In this document: positions 1-10,237 of the stretch, in pieces
Position numbering within the stretch: the first letter of the stretch is position 1
Layout: each line of letters opens with the position of its first letter
NCBI GenBank assembly: GCA_900318755.1
Contig: ONLT01000115.1
Span: forward strand, 6,633 to 70,632
Reading direction: 5' to 3'
Source of the DNA: an uncultured Eubacteriales bacterium
GTDB lineage: Bacteria > Bacillota > Clostridia > Lachnospirales > Lachnospiraceae
Length of the DNA: 64,000 bases
The notes under the pieces: generated by a model
What the model saw: only the letters and a program-made list of their open reading frames with translations
The model's database searches: none
Told to the model about the DNA's origin: nothing
Program-made: the position numbers and the translations under genes

Positions 1-828
1 TACCGCGGAACGGCGGACGCCATCTACCAGAACATCAACTGGCTGAAGGAAAGCCACGAGCCGTACGTCATCATCGCCTCGGGCGACGGCGTCTATAAGC
101 TCGACTACAACGACGTCCTTCAGTACCACATCGCGAAACGGTCCGACATCACGGTGGTCTGCACGGAGTGCAGGCACGACGATCCGAGCCGGTTCGGCGT
201 TCTGAAGATGAACGAGGATTACCGGATCGAGGAGTTCGAGGAGAAGCCGATGGTTTCCACATCGAACCTGATCTCCACCGGAATCTACGTGATGCGCCGC
301 CGTCAGCTGATCGAGCTGCTGGAAAAATGCGTGCACGAGGACCGCTATGATCTTGTAAAGGATATTTTTATCCGTTACAAGAACCTGAAGTGTATCTACG
401 GATACAAAATTGACACTTATTGGAGCAATATTGCGACCGTTGATTCGTATTACCGGACCAACATGGATTTCCTGAAGCCGGAGGTGAGAGATTACTTTTT
501 CAATCAGTATCCGGGAATTTATTCGAAGAGCTATGATCTTCCGCCTGCGAAGTTCAATCCGGGCAACCATGTGCGGAACAGTCTGATTTCCAGCGGGTGC
601 ATCGTGAACGGCACCGTCGAGAATTCCGTCCTGTTCCACGATGTGTACGTTGGCAACAACTGCGTGATCAGGAATTCGATTATACTGAACAATGTTTATC
701 TTGGGGACAATACCCACATTGAGAATTGCATCGTGGAGAGCCGCGATACGATTCGGGCTAATTCGTATTACTGCGGTGAGGATGAAGTCAAGATAGTGGT
801 GGAAAATAATGAAAGGTACGCAATCTAA
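1..828 (+). CDS. glgD: Glucose-1-phosphate adenylyltransferase subunit GlgD (5' end outside window)
   Basis: Frame open from base 1 ([11 protein letters not shown]...[10 protein letters not shown]); C-terminal left-handed beta-helix repeats ([19 protein letters not shown]); GlgC/GlgD family, with spoVG downstream. Confidence 0.85.
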   Translation, partial: YRGTADAIYQNINWLKESHEPYVIIASGDGVYKLDYNDVLQYHIAKRSDITVVCTECRHDDPSRFGVLKMNEDYRIEEFEEKPMVSTSNLISTGIYVMRRRQLIELLEKCVHEDRYDLVKDIFIRYKNLKCIYGYKIDTYWSNIATVDSYYRTNMDFLKPEVRDYFFNQYPGIYSKSYDLPPAKFNPGNHVRNSLISSGCIVNGTVENSVLFHDVYVGNNCVIRNSIILNNVYLGDNTHIENCIVESRDTIRANSYYCGEDEVKIVVENNERYAI

Positions 829-869
829 ACCGCAGAGGAGCTATCCTCTGTAGAAGAGGAGGAATTGGT

Positions 870-1145
870 ATGCAGATTACGGATGTCAGAATTCGACGTG
901 TCACGAAAGACGACGGCAAGATGAAAGCGTTCGTATCGATCACGATTGACGATCAGTTCGTCGTTCACGACATCAAGGTGATCGAGGGCGAAAAGGGATT
1001 GTTTATCGCGATGCCGAGCAGAAAGACGGCGGATGGAGAGTACCGTGACATAGCCCATCCGATCAACTCGGAGACGAGAGCGCAGATTCAGGACATCATC
1101 CTGAAGAAGTATCTGGAGACTGAAGAAGAGACCGAAATAGTGTGA
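870..1145 (+). CDS. spoVG: Septation regulator SpoVG
   Basis: MQITDVRIR...[23 protein letters not shown]...[13 protein letters not shown]; GGAGG RBS. Confidence 0.97.
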   Translation: MQITDVRIRRVTKDDGKMKAFVSITIDDQFVVHDIKVIEGEKGLFIAMPSRKTADGEYRDIAHPINSETRAQIQDIILKKYLETEEETEIV

Positions 1146-1192
1146 GCATCAAGTACTCCGTATACCAGACATGCTGAAATCGAACTACATAC

Positions 1193-1224
1193 AAAAAAGA
1201 GGCGCGGGTTCGTGCCTCTTTTTT
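1193..1224 (+). terminator. Intrinsic terminator after spoVG
   Basis: AAAAAA-GAGGCGCG-GGTT-CGTGCCTC-TTTTTT. Confidence 0.85.
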
Positions 1225-1230
1225 GCGCCC

Positions 1231-1259
1231 TTGCGGAAACGGCGCTTTGCCGCTACAAT
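1231..1259 (+). promoter_or_regulatory. Putative sigma-A promoter of rsmF-like gene
   Basis: TTGCGG-17bp-TACAAT. Confidence 0.5.
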
Positions 1260-1301
1260 CAATGTGATTCAGACAGAATACTGTGAAAGAGGGGCCATCT
1301 G

Positions 1302-2801
1302 ATGAAGCTTCCGGAAGCATTTTTAAACCGAATGAAGGGGATGCTCGGCGACGAGTACGACGCGTTTCTGCGCACCTATGACGAGGAGCCGGCGCGCGGA
1401 CTCCGGATAAATCCGGCAAAGATTTCGGCGGAGGAGTTCGAATCATCCGCGCCGTTTCCCGTGCGCAGGGTCCCGTGGGTGGCAAACGGGTACTTTTATC
1501 CATCGGCGGTCCGTCCGTCGCATCACCCGTATTATCAGGCGGGCGTCTATTATCTGCAGGAACCCAGCGCGATGACGCCGGGCGACCGGCTTGAGATCCT
1601 GCCGGGCGACCGGGTTCTTGATCTGTGCGCGGCGCCGGGAGGCAAGGCGACGCAGCTCGCGGCAAAGCTGCTCTGTGCGGACGGAGGAGGGCTTCTTGTC
1701 GCCAATGAGATCAGCAACGCGAGGGCGAAGGCGCTTCTGCGGAATCTGGAGCTGTTTGGCGCCAGAAATTTTCTTGTGACGAATGACCGGCCGGATCGGC
1801 TTGCGGAGTGTTTTCCTCTTTATTTCGATAAAATTCTGATCGACGCGCCCTGCTCCGGCGAGGGGATGTTCCGCAGGCAGCCCGATGTGGCGGCCGCGTG
1901 GAGTGAGGAGAAAGTGAGGGAGCTGGCCGCGCTTCAGAGGCAGATCCTCGAGGAGGGATACCGGATGCTCCGGCCGGGCGGACAGCTCCTCTACTCGACC
2001 TGCACCTTCTCGCCGGCGGAAAACGAGGAAAATATCGCCCGGTTTCTCGCGGGTCATCCGGACATCGCCCTGATGCCGGTCCGCCCGTACGCCGGCTTCG
2101 CAGAGGGACGGCCGGACTGGGTCAAGGCGGACCTTTCGGCGGACCGTCTCGGGACGATCAGAAGATGCGTCCGGATCTGGCCCCACAGAATGGAGGGAGA
2201 GGGCCATTTTCTGGCTCTGATGAAAAAAGAAACGTTGTTCCGCGCGGCGGATTCCGGAAGTGCGGATGGCGCGCTGCCGGAGAAATGTGCGGAATTTCCG
2301 CGAAAAAAAGGGCGGAAAGGACGGAATTCCGGCCGCGTCCTGCCCGCAGAAAAGCAGGGCGGCGATCCGGCGGATTTCCGCTCGTTTCTGAAGGAGATGC
2401 AGATCCGCCTGCCGGAAGGGCGGATCGAAATCCGCGGGGAACGCCTGTATCTGCTGCCGGAACTGCCGGTGGCCGCGCTCCGGCTGAAATTCCTCCGGTG
2501 CGGCGTCTGCCTCGGCGAACTGAAAAAGAACCGCTTCGAGCCGTCACAGCCGTTCGCGCTGATTCTCTCGCGGGAGTCCTGCGGGGCCTGCCTGGAGTTC
2601 TCCCCCGACGACCCGGACCTGGCGGCGTTTCTTTCCGGCGGCGTCGTGCGATTTGACGGGGAGGCCCGGCAGCGGCGGAAGAAGTCGGGAGAAGATGCGC
2701 CCGGATGGAAGCTTGTGCTTGCCGGCGGCTTTCCGGTGGGCTGGGGGAAATACGCGGACGGCGTTCTTAAAAACAAGATTCCGCCGTCGTGGCGGACGTG
2801 A
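1302..2801 (+). CDS. RsmF/RsmB (NOL1/NOP2/Sun) family rRNA m5C methyltransferase
   Basis: YYLQEPSAM, VLDLCAAPGGKAT, DAPCSGEGMFRR, YSTCTF..ENE motifs; RsmF-type C-terminus. Confidence 0.93.
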   Translation: MKLPEAFLNRMKGMLGDEYDAFLRTYDEEPARGLRINPAKISAEEFESSAPFPVRRVPWVANGYFYPSAVRPSHHPYYQAGVYYLQEPSAMTPGDRLEILPGDRVLDLCAAPGGKATQLAAKLLCADGGGLLVANEISNARAKALLRNLELFGARNFLVTNDRPDRLAECFPLYFDKILIDAPCSGEGMFRRQPDVAAAWSEEKVRELAALQRQILEEGYRMLRPGGQLLYSTCTFSPAENEENIARFLAGHPDIALMPVRPYAGFAEGRPDWVKADLSADRLGTIRRCVRIWPHRMEGEGHFLALMKKETLFRAADSGSADGALPEKCAEFPRKKGRKGRNSGRVLPAEKQGGDPADFRSFLKEMQIRLPEGRIEIRGERLYLLPELPVAALRLKFLRCGVCLGELKKNRFEPSQPFALILSRESCGACLEFSPDDPDLAAFLSGGVVRFDGEARQRRKKSGEDAPGWKLVLAGGFPVGWGKYADGVLKNKIPPSWRT

Positions 2802-2885
2802 CATGGATCCGCGGAATCCGGACCGGAGGATGTCTTAAAAAAACTGATGAAAAAGAATCGCATTCGGTTTGATTCAATGTGCTAA

Positions 2886-2914
2886 TTGACGGAACAGAGG
2901 CTTCCCCTTATAAT
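2886..2914 (+). promoter_or_regulatory. Sigma-A promoter of OPT-PqqD-pepD operon
   Basis: TTGACG-17bp-TATAAT. Confidence 0.75.
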
Positions 2915-3033
2915 TGTTATTTAAGAATGTTCATCGGATAAAAAATGTGTAAAGTTTTATTCACCGCAGAATAGAGCTGATTGACCCGGCACATGACTAT
3001 CCGGGAACAATATAAGAAAACAGAGGGAGAATT

Positions 3034-4923
3034 ATGGATAACAAAAAAGAAGAGTTTAAGCCTTACATATCGGCGGATAAGAATCTGCCCGAGCTGACCG
3101 CCACATCGATCATCCTCGGCATTATCCTCGCGATTGTGTTCGGTGCGGCGAACGCCTATCTGGGCCTCCGTGTCGGACTGACGATTTCCGCGTCGATCCC
3201 GGCGGCGGTTATCTCGATGGGAATCTGCCGCGGGCTGCTCAGAAGAGACAACATTCTTGAGAACAACATGGTACAGACCATCGGCTCCGCCGGCGAATCG
3301 CTTGCGGCCGGCGCGATCTTTACGATGCCGGCGCTGTTCATGTGGGCGAAGGAGGGCGCGGTGGACAACCCGTCCGTCGCAACCATCGCCATCATCGCCA
3401 TGCTGGGCGGCACGCTGGGCGTCCTGTTCATGATCCCGCTCCGCAACGCGCTGATCGTCGAGGAGCACGGAACGCTGCCGTATCCGGAAGGAACGGCCTG
3501 CTCGGAGGTTCTGCTTGCGGGCGAAGAGGGCGGCGCCAGCGCCAGAAGCGTCTTCGCCGGCCTCGGAATCGCTGCGGTTTACAAGTTCATCGCGGACGGC
3601 CTGAAGGTCTTCCCGTCCGAGATCGCCTATGATTTCAAAAACTACAAGGGCGCGGGATGCGGCATGGACGTGCTCCCGTCCCTGGTCGGCGTCGGATTTA
3701 TCTGCGGACCGAAGATCTCCTCGTACATGTTCGGAGGCGGCATTCTGGCGTGGTTCGTTCTCATGCCGCTGATCTTCGTGTTCGGTTCGGCGCTTCCGGA
3801 CGCGGTTTATCCGGCGACGAAGACGATATTGGAGCTCGGAACCAGCGGACTGTGGAGCAACTACATCCGCTACATCGGCGCGGGCGCGGTCGCCTGCGGC
3901 GGCATGATCTCTCTGATCAAGTCGTTTCCGATGATTATCCGTGCGTTCAGAAAGTCCATGTCCGCGCTGAAGAATAAGCAGGAGACTTACACGCGTACGA
4001 CGAAGGATCTTCCGATGAACATCGTTCTCATCGTCTCCGCGATCATCGCCGTTCTTCTGTGGCTGATCCCGGCTGTTCCGGTCAGCCTGGGCGGAGCGAT
4101 CCTCATCGTGATCTTCGGATTTTTCTTCGTGACGGTATCCGCCCGCATGGTCGGCATCGTAGGAAGCTCGAACAACCCGGTATCCGGAATGACCATCGCG
4201 ACACTTCTGATCACGACGATCATTCTGAAGGCGACCGGAAACATCGGAACAGGCGGGATGATCGCGGCGATCACGATCGGATCGGTCATCTGCATCGCGG
4301 CGGCGATCGCGGGTGATGTGTCGCAGGATCTGAAGACCGGCTACATCGTCGGAGCGACTCCGTGGAAGCAGCAGCTCGGCGAAATCTTCGGCGTACTCGC
4401 GTCGGCCGTCGCGATCGGATTCGTCATGTACATCCTGAACGCGGGATACGGCTTCGGCTCCGAAGAGCTCCCGGCTCCGCAGGCGGGAATGATGAAGATG
4501 ATCGTCGAGGGTGTGATGAGCGGAAATCTTCCGTGGTCCCTCGTGTTCGTCGGCGTGTTCATCGCACTGATTGCAGAACTTTTCGGCATTCCGGTGCTTC
4601 CGTTTGCGGTCGGCATGTATCTGCCGATTTACACCACGACCGGAATCATGGTCGGAGGCGTCATCCGTCTGATCATTGACCGGAAGAAGGGAACAGAGAC
4701 GGAGAAGAAGGCGAGAGCGAACCGCGGCGTTCTGTTCGCGTCCGGCATGATCGCAGGCGAGGGACTGATCGGAGTGCTGCTGGCGGTGTTCGCCTTTGCG
4801 GGCGTCGACATCTCGCTGAAACAGGGCCTGAACCAGATCGGCTCCATCGTTTTCTTCGTGATTCTGATTGCCCTGTTTGTCTGCATGATCGGTAAGAAGC
4901 CGAAGACCGGAAGTGACAGGTAA
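3034..4923 (+). CDS. OPT family oligopeptide transporter
   Basis: NAYLGLRVGLTISASIPAAV, ENNMVQT, LPYPEGTAC, SNNPVSG, QDLKTG, LPAPQA motifs; polytopic. Confidence 0.95.
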   Translation: MDNKKEEFKPYISADKNLPELTATSIILGIILAIVFGAANAYLGLRVGLTISASIPAAVISMGICRGLLRRDNILENNMVQTIGSAGESLAAGAIFTMPALFMWAKEGAVDNPSVATIAIIAMLGGTLGVLFMIPLRNALIVEEHGTLPYPEGTACSEVLLAGEEGGASARSVFAGLGIAAVYKFIADGLKVFPSEIAYDFKNYKGAGCGMDVLPSLVGVGFICGPKISSYMFGGGILAWFVLMPLIFVFGSALPDAVYPATKTILELGTSGLWSNYIRYIGAGAVACGGMISLIKSFPMIIRAFRKSMSALKNKQETYTRTTKDLPMNIVLIVSAIIAVLLWLIPAVPVSLGGAILIVIFGFFFVTVSARMVGIVGSSNNPVSGMTIATLLITTIILKATGNIGTGGMIAAITIGSVICIAAAIAGDVSQDLKTGYIVGATPWKQQLGEIFGVLASAVAIGFVMYILNAGYGFGSEELPAPQAGMMKMIVEGVMSGNLPWSLVFVGVFIALIAELFGIPVLPFAVGMYLPIYTTTGIMVGGVIRLIIDRKKGTETEKKARANRGVLFASGMIAGEGLIGVLLAVFAFAGVDISLKQGLNQIGSIVFFVILIALFVCMIGKKPKTGSDR

Positions 4924-4947
4924 TCAGTCGCAGGGAGTCTTTTTCGT

Positions 4948-5319
4948 ATGGCAAAACAATCAAAAGAAAATTATCTGGACTATGTTCCGCGCCCGAACCG
5001 CCTCTTCCAGACATCCGTCAATGAGGCCGGGCACGTGGAAATTCTGACGGAGCACCGGGGATTTTATAACAAGATCGCCCAGAAGGTGTTCAAAAAGCCG
5101 CGCTTTTCCCACATCGAGCTCGATGACCTCGGAACGTTCATCTGGAACCGGATGGATGGGAAGAAGAGCATCTTTGAGATCGGCGCGGACGTGAAGAATC
5201 AGTTCGGAGAAAAAGCCGAGCCGCTCTATGAGCGGCTCAGCAAATTTATGAAAATCCTGCACGATCAGCACTACATCGTCTACGAAAACAAGCTGACCGG
5301 CAGGAACAAAGAAGCATAA
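4948..5319 (+). CDS. PqqD-family (RRE-like, winged-helix) protein
   Basis: IELDDLGTFIWNRMDGKKSIFEIG...F...L pattern typical of the PqqD family. Confidence 0.8.
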   Translation: MAKQSKENYLDYVPRPNRLFQTSVNEAGHVEILTEHRGFYNKIAQKVFKKPRFSHIELDDLGTFIWNRMDGKKSIFEIGADVKNQFGEKAEPLYERLSKFMKILHDQHYIVYENKLTGRNKEA

Positions 5320-5337
5320 GTGAAAAGAGGCAGCATC

Positions 5338-6795
5338 ATGAGAGTATTGGAAAATGTAGAGCCGAAGGCAGTGTTTCATTTCTTCGAGGATCTGACGCAG
5401 ATTCCGCGTCCCTCCTACCACGAGAAAGCGGTCAGCGATTATCTTGTAAAGTTTGCGAAGGACCGCGGTCTGGAGGTTTATCAGGATGATCTCTACAACG
5501 TGATCATCATCAAGGAGGCCTCCGAAGGATACGAAAACGAGGAGCCAATCATCCTGCAGGGTCATATGGATATGGTCTGCGAGAAAAATCCCGGCGTAGA
5601 GAAGGATATGGAGAAGGAGGGCCTCGATCTTGAGATCGACGGCGACTACATCCGCGCGAAGGGGACGACTCTGGGCGGGGACGACGGCATCGCGGTGGCG
5701 TACGCTCTGGCGCTGCTTGATTCGGATACGCTGAAGCATCCGCGCCTGGAATTTGTCTGCACGGTCTCCGAGGAGGTCGGCATGGACGGCGCTCACGCGA
5801 TCGACCTTTCCCCGCTGAAGGGCCATCTTCTTCTGAACATGGATTCGGAGGACGAGGGCATCGTGCTCGCGGGATGCGCAGGCGGCGGCTCCGCGGTCGT
5901 CACGCTTCCGCTGGTCCGCGAGGAGAAGGACTGGAACCGTATGATGGTCCATATTCACGGGCTTGTCGGCGGCCATTCCGGAAGTGAGATCAATAAGGGC
6001 AGGGCGAGTTCGGTGGCTCTGATGGGACGTGTGCTCCGCGGCCTTGCAGAGGTCACGAAGCTGCGTATCGTCGCCCTTGAGAATGGCACAAAGGACAACG
6101 CGATTTCCCGGGAGGGACGCATGGTGATCGCGGTCCGCAATCCGGACGCGGCGAAGGCGGAGCTTGCGAAGATCGAGGAGGCGGTCCGGGGCGAGTACAG
6201 CGCGGCGGATCCGGATATCCTCATCACAGCGGAGGATCCGGCGGGTTATCCGGCCGATGTTTCCGGGCTTGACCCGCTCGCCAAGAAGGATACGAAGAGA
6301 GTGATCACGCTCCTGACGGCGCTGCCGCAGGGCATCCAGCGCATGAGCGACAATGTGCCGGGTATGGTCGAGACCTCCCTGAACTGGGGCGTCGCGTCGA
6401 TCGGAGAGGATTCGCTCACCATGCGCGCTGCGGTCCGCAGCTCGGTCGGAACGGCGAAGGACGCACTGTTCGGAAAGGTCGGCTGGATCGCAGAGAGCTG
6501 CGGCGCGACGATGAATGTAACCGGAGAGTATCCGGCGTGGGAGTGGGTGGACAAATCCGTGCTCCGCGACAAGATGGCACGTATCTACAGGGAGATGTTC
6601 GGGAAAGATCTCGTCATCCAGACGATTCACGCCGGCGTCGAGTGCGGACTCCTCTCGGAAAAAATTCCGGGAATGGACGCGATCTCCATGGGACCGGACA
6701 TCCTCGACATCCACACGCCGAACGAGCATCTTTCCATCCCCTCCGTGCAGAGAATGTGGGACTTTATCGTCCGCATTATCGAGACGAAGGGATGA
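5338..6795 (+). CDS. pepD: Aminoacyl-histidine dipeptidase (M20C)
   Basis: LQGHMDMVCEK, TTLGGDDGI, EEVGMDGA, GGHSG, IHAGVECG, IHTPNE. Confidence 0.93.
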   Translation: MRVLENVEPKAVFHFFEDLTQIPRPSYHEKAVSDYLVKFAKDRGLEVYQDDLYNVIIIKEASEGYENEEPIILQGHMDMVCEKNPGVEKDMEKEGLDLEIDGDYIRAKGTTLGGDDGIAVAYALALLDSDTLKHPRLEFVCTVSEEVGMDGAHAIDLSPLKGHLLLNMDSEDEGIVLAGCAGGGSAVVTLPLVREEKDWNRMMVHIHGLVGGHSGSEINKGRASSVALMGRVLRGLAEVTKLRIVALENGTKDNAISREGRMVIAVRNPDAAKAELAKIEEAVRGEYSAADPDILITAEDPAGYPADVSGLDPLAKKDTKRVITLLTALPQGIQRMSDNVPGMVETSLNWGVASIGEDSLTMRAAVRSSVGTAKDALFGKVGWIAESCGATMNVTGEYPAWEWVDKSVLRDKMARIYREMFGKDLVIQTIHAGVECGLLSEKIPGMDAISMGPDILDIHTPNEHLSIPSVQRMWDFIVRIIETKG

Positions 6796-6850
6796 CCGAC
6801 TGACCGGACCCGCCGCACTGCCGGTTTCCTGCAGATGCGCTGCAGAAGAT

Positions 6851-6880
6851 GCGCGGCGTATCCTACATGATACGCCGCGC
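6851..6880. repeat. Perfect 12-bp inverted repeat downstream of pepD
   Basis: GCGCGGCGTATC-CTACAT-GATACGCCGCGC; no U-tract follows. Confidence 0.7.
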
Positions 6881-6954
6881 GGCGGAGCCCAGCCGCGGAG
6901 GGCTCAAAGGTCGCGCGCCGGAAAAAAGATTTTTAAAATTAAGTAAAATTATAG

Positions 6955-6983
6955 TTGACAAGAGGGCGGTACCCTTATATAAT
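6955..6983 (+). promoter_or_regulatory. Consensus sigma-A promoter of tRNA-Pro
   Basis: TTGACA-17bp-TATAAT with AT-rich upstream element. Confidence 0.9.
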
Positions 6984-7037
6984 AATTTCTGCTGACGGAC
7001 GGAAATCAAAGCGGTCCGGCCGGTCAGAAAAACAAAT

Positions 7038-7111
7038 CGAAGCGTGGCTCAGTTTGGTAGAGCGCTGCGTTCGGGACGCAGAGGCCGCTGGTTCGAATCC
7101 AGTCGCTTCGA
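7038..7111 (+). tRNA. tRNA-Pro (anticodon CGG), CCA not encoded
   Basis: Acceptor stem CGAAGCG/CGCTTCG, D-arm GCTCAGTTTGGTAGAGC, anticodon arm CTGCG-TTCGGGA-CGCAG, T-loop GTTCGAATC. Confidence 0.97.
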
Positions 7112-7117
7112 CGGAAG

Positions 7118-7152
7118 AAAGCTCAGAGTGAAATGCATTCTGGGCTTTTTTG
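7118..7152 (+). terminator. Intrinsic terminator after tRNA
   Basis: AAAGCTCAGAGTG-AAATG-CATTCTGGGCTTT followed by T-tract. Confidence 0.8.
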
Positions 7153-7282
7153 CTGTGTATTAACGAATCAAATTATGGTATGATTGCATCATGACCAAAA
7201 CGGATTCACGATGACACGCCGTGAATCGGCAAAGCGACAGCGGGATGCTGCCGCAAACTCTTTCCTGCGAGGAGGAATGCAT

Positions 7283-8134
7283 ATGAGATACACAGAATTG
7301 ACGGAGAAGAGAAGGTCGGTCCGGAATTTCAGCGACAAGGCAATTCCGGAGGAGGAGATTCAGAGAATCCAGACCTGGTTCAACGACGAGGCGAAGCATC
7401 TGATCCCGGGGATTGATGTGGAACTCGGCATTTTTAAGGGAAACGCGAAAAACCGGCTGGAGGGCGTCGCCGGCTACAAGGGCTACGCGCTCTGCGCGCC
7501 CGTTTATCTGCTGATGCTGTCCGATCCGGATCCGTATTATCTCGAGAACGTGGGATTCATCGGCGAGGATCTGATTCTGAAGCTGACCGACATGGGGATC
7601 GATACGTGCTGGCTGAGCGTGCATGACAGCGATCAGGTCAAGCAGGCCCTGCTGCTTCAGAGCGACAAGGAGGTCGCGGGAATCATCGCGTGCGGTTACG
7701 GGGAGAAGGATGTCAGCGGGCGGAAACTCGAGATCCGGAGCCCCTCGAACGTCACGCTTCAGGAAGAGAAGAGCAGGCTTCCGAAGCTCTCCCAGCATGA
7801 TCTTGTCTACTGCGAGGAGTGGGGACGTCCGGTGGACTGGGAGTCCGGCGCCGTCCATGAGTATCTGGATAATGCCCTTTACGCGGCGAGCCTCGCGCCG
7901 ACCTATATGAACAAACAGCCGTACCGGTTCATCTTATCCGGCAGAAAGCTTCTTCTTTGCGTCTACCGGCCGTCGGAAACGCCGGGGATTGAGCTGGGGA
8001 TCGATCTCGGCGCGGTCATGCTGAATTTTTACGCGGTTTACCAGGAGTACATCAACAGCGGAAGCACGTGGCAGATGGTACAGGGCACGGACGATCATCC
8101 GGATCACAGGATCGTAGCCAGCATCGAAGTCTGA
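7283..8134 (+). CDS. Nitroreductase-family protein (two nitroreductase-like halves)
   Basis: KRRSVRNFSD at N-terminus; second half AASLAPTYMNKQPYRF; GGAGG RBS before ATG 7283. Confidence 0.85.
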   Translation: MRYTELTEKRRSVRNFSDKAIPEEEIQRIQTWFNDEAKHLIPGIDVELGIFKGNAKNRLEGVAGYKGYALCAPVYLLMLSDPDPYYLENVGFIGEDLILKLTDMGIDTCWLSVHDSDQVKQALLLQSDKEVAGIIACGYGEKDVSGRKLEIRSPSNVTLQEEKSRLPKLSQHDLVYCEEWGRPVDWESGAVHEYLDNALYAASLAPTYMNKQPYRFILSGRKLLLCVYRPSETPGIELGIDLGAVMLNFYAVYQEYINSGSTWQMVQGTDDHPDHRIVASIEV

Positions 8135-8190
8135 GCGGATCGCCGTGCTGCGGTTTTTTACAGAGGATCGGTGCAATCTTTCGATTTTTC

Positions 8191-8219
8191 TTGACGTTAA
8201 CCGTAGATTTTACTATGAT
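8191..8219 (+). promoter_or_regulatory. Putative sigma-A promoter of amino-acid symporter gene
   Basis: TTGACG-17bp-TATGAT. Confidence 0.65.
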
Positions 8220-8267
8220 GGTACGGTATTGTGAAAATAATAACGTCACTGAGGGAAGAAGAGAAAG

Positions 8268-9680
8268 ATGAATGGTTTTATGAGCGTATTGACAAAAATT
8301 GATGATGCCGTCTGGGGCGTGCCGCTTATGGTGCTGATTCTCGCCGGCGGCATCCTTCTGACTGTCCGCATGCGGTTCCTGCAGACCAGAAAGCTTCCGC
8401 TCGCGCTGAAGTGGATGGTCCGGAATGAAGAGGGCGGAAAGGGCGAGGTCACGAGTTTCGCCGCGCTGTGCACGGCGCTCTCCGCAACCATCGGAACCGG
8501 AAACATCGTCGGTGTCGCCACCGCGGTCGGAACCGGCGGCCCGGGAGCCCTGTTCTGGATGGTCGTCGCCGCGTTTTTCGGCATGGCGACGAAATATGCC
8601 GAAGGACTTCTGGCGATCAAATACCGTGAGTACGATTCGAAGACCGGTCACACGCTCGGCGGACCGTTCTATTACATCGAGCGCGGCATGGGAGAAAAGT
8701 GGAAATGGCTCGCGAAGCTGTTCGCGTTTTTCGGCATCTGCGTCGGCCTGTTCGGCATCGGCACCTTCAGTCAGGTCAACGGCATCGCCAGCGCGATCCA
8801 GGGATTCTTCGATCCGGACAGGCAGACCACCGTCACGATTCCGCACATTGGAACGTATTCCTGGGCGGTCGTGATCGCGTCTCTTCTGCTGACGCTCACG
8901 GTTGCGCTGGTTCTGATCGGCGGACTGAAACGGATCGCCGGGGTCAGTCAGATCATCGTGCCGTTCATGGCAATTATTTATATCGTGACGACGGTGACGC
9001 TGGTTGTCTGCAACATCACGAAAATTCCTTCTGCCTTCGCGGAGATCGTCGTAGGCGCGTTCAGCCCGAAGGCAATTACGGGCGGCGTCGTCGGATCCAT
9101 GCTGGTCGCGATGCAGAAGGGAATCTCCCGCGGAATTTTCTCAAATGAGGCGGGACTCGGAAGCGCTCCGATCGCCGCAGCTGCGGCTCAGACGAACGAA
9201 CCGGTCCGTCAGGGCCTCGTCAGTATGACGGGAACCTTCATCGATACGATTGTCATCTGCACGCTGACCGGACTTTCGATTGTCACGACCGGCGCGTGGA
9301 AGGTCGAGGGACTCGAGGGCGTTCAGGTCACGACGTACGCGTTCCAGCACGGGCTTCCCTTCCCGGCGCGCACCGCAAGCTTCATCCTGATGATCTGCCT
9401 GATTTTCTTCGCGTTTACTACGATCCTCGGATGGGATTATTACAGTGAGCGCTGCCTGGAATATATGACGAACGGCAGGACGAAGCCGATTAAGGTTTAC
9501 AGATGGCTGTATATCCTCGCTGTGTTTATCGGACCGTATATGACGGTAAAGGCGGTGTGGACCATCGCGGATATTTTCAACGGGCTGATGGCGATCCCGA
9601 ATATGATCGCGATCTTCGCGCTGTCCGGTGTCGTCGTGAAGGAGACAAGGGATTTCTTCCGGGCCGGCAAGGATAAATGA
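8268..9680 (+). CDS. Alanine/glycine:cation symporter (AGCS/AlsT family)
   Basis: ATIGTGNIVGVA, GGPGALFWM, GGPFYYIERG, RGIFSNEAGLGSAP motifs. Confidence 0.95.
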   Translation: MNGFMSVLTKIDDAVWGVPLMVLILAGGILLTVRMRFLQTRKLPLALKWMVRNEEGGKGEVTSFAALCTALSATIGTGNIVGVATAVGTGGPGALFWMVVAAFFGMATKYAEGLLAIKYREYDSKTGHTLGGPFYYIERGMGEKWKWLAKLFAFFGICVGLFGIGTFSQVNGIASAIQGFFDPDRQTTVTIPHIGTYSWAVVIASLLLTLTVALVLIGGLKRIAGVSQIIVPFMAIIYIVTTVTLVVCNITKIPSAFAEIVVGAFSPKAITGGVVGSMLVAMQKGISRGIFSNEAGLGSAPIAAAAAQTNEPVRQGLVSMTGTFIDTIVICTLTGLSIVTTGAWKVEGLEGVQVTTYAFQHGLPFPARTASFILMICLIFFAFTTILGWDYYSERCLEYMTNGRTKPIKVYRWLYILAVFIGPYMTVKAVWTIADIFNGLMAIPNMIAIFALSGVVVKETRDFFRAGKDK

Positions 9681-9742
9681 CGGGATTCCGGATCGCCGTC
9701 CGGGGCCCGGCGGCGCTTTAAAAGCGCGGAAAAGAGGAAATT

Positions 9743-10234
9743 ATGGATCAAAAGATACTGGTCGTTTATTATTCACTCGAGGGAAATACGGAATTCGTGG
9801 CGAAGGAGATCGGCCGCTGTACGGGTGCGGATCTCGTGCGCCTCGTTCCGGAGAAGGAGATTCCGACGAGCGGCTTCGGCAAATATTTTTTCGGAGGGAA
9901 GGCGGCGCTCACCCGTTCCTTCACTCATCTGAAGCCCTTCGCCGAGAATCCCGAGGAATATGACACGATCGTGATTGCGGGCCCGGTGTGGGCCGGTACG
10001 TATCCGCCGGCGATCGGGACCTTCCTGAATGAGCATCGCTTCAGAGGAAAGAACGTCTATTTGGCCGCAACCTCGAAGAGCGGGAACGCGGGGAAATTTT
10101 TCCGCGACCTGGAGGGAAAACTCGCCGGCAATCAGATCCGAAGCGTGCTCAGCGTAACAAATCCGCTGAAGGATCAGGAGCAGGCGGGAAAGGAAATCGA
10201 GGCGTTTGCGGACAGCATCGGAGGGGAAGCGTAA
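9743..10234 (+). CDS. Flavodoxin-like protein
   Basis: VVYYSLEGNTEFVA FMN-binding loop; YDTIVIAGPVWAG. Confidence 0.9.
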   Translation: MDQKILVVYYSLEGNTEFVAKEIGRCTGADLVRLVPEKEIPTSGFGKYFFGGKAALTRSFTHLKPFAENPEEYDTIVIAGPVWAGTYPPAIGTFLNEHRFRGKNVYLAATSKSGNAGKFFRDLEGKLAGNQIRSVLSVTNPLKDQEQAGKEIEAFADSIGGEA

Positions 10235-10237
10235 TCG

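Noticed and set aside
7038-7152. tRNA-Pro as an island integration site
   Set aside because: I saw no duplicated tRNA 3' end or integrase; the tRNA is followed directly by its terminator.
8135-8267. Glycine riboswitch before the AGCS symporter
   Set aside because: The putative promoter leaves only about 45 nt of leader and no aptamer motifs are present.
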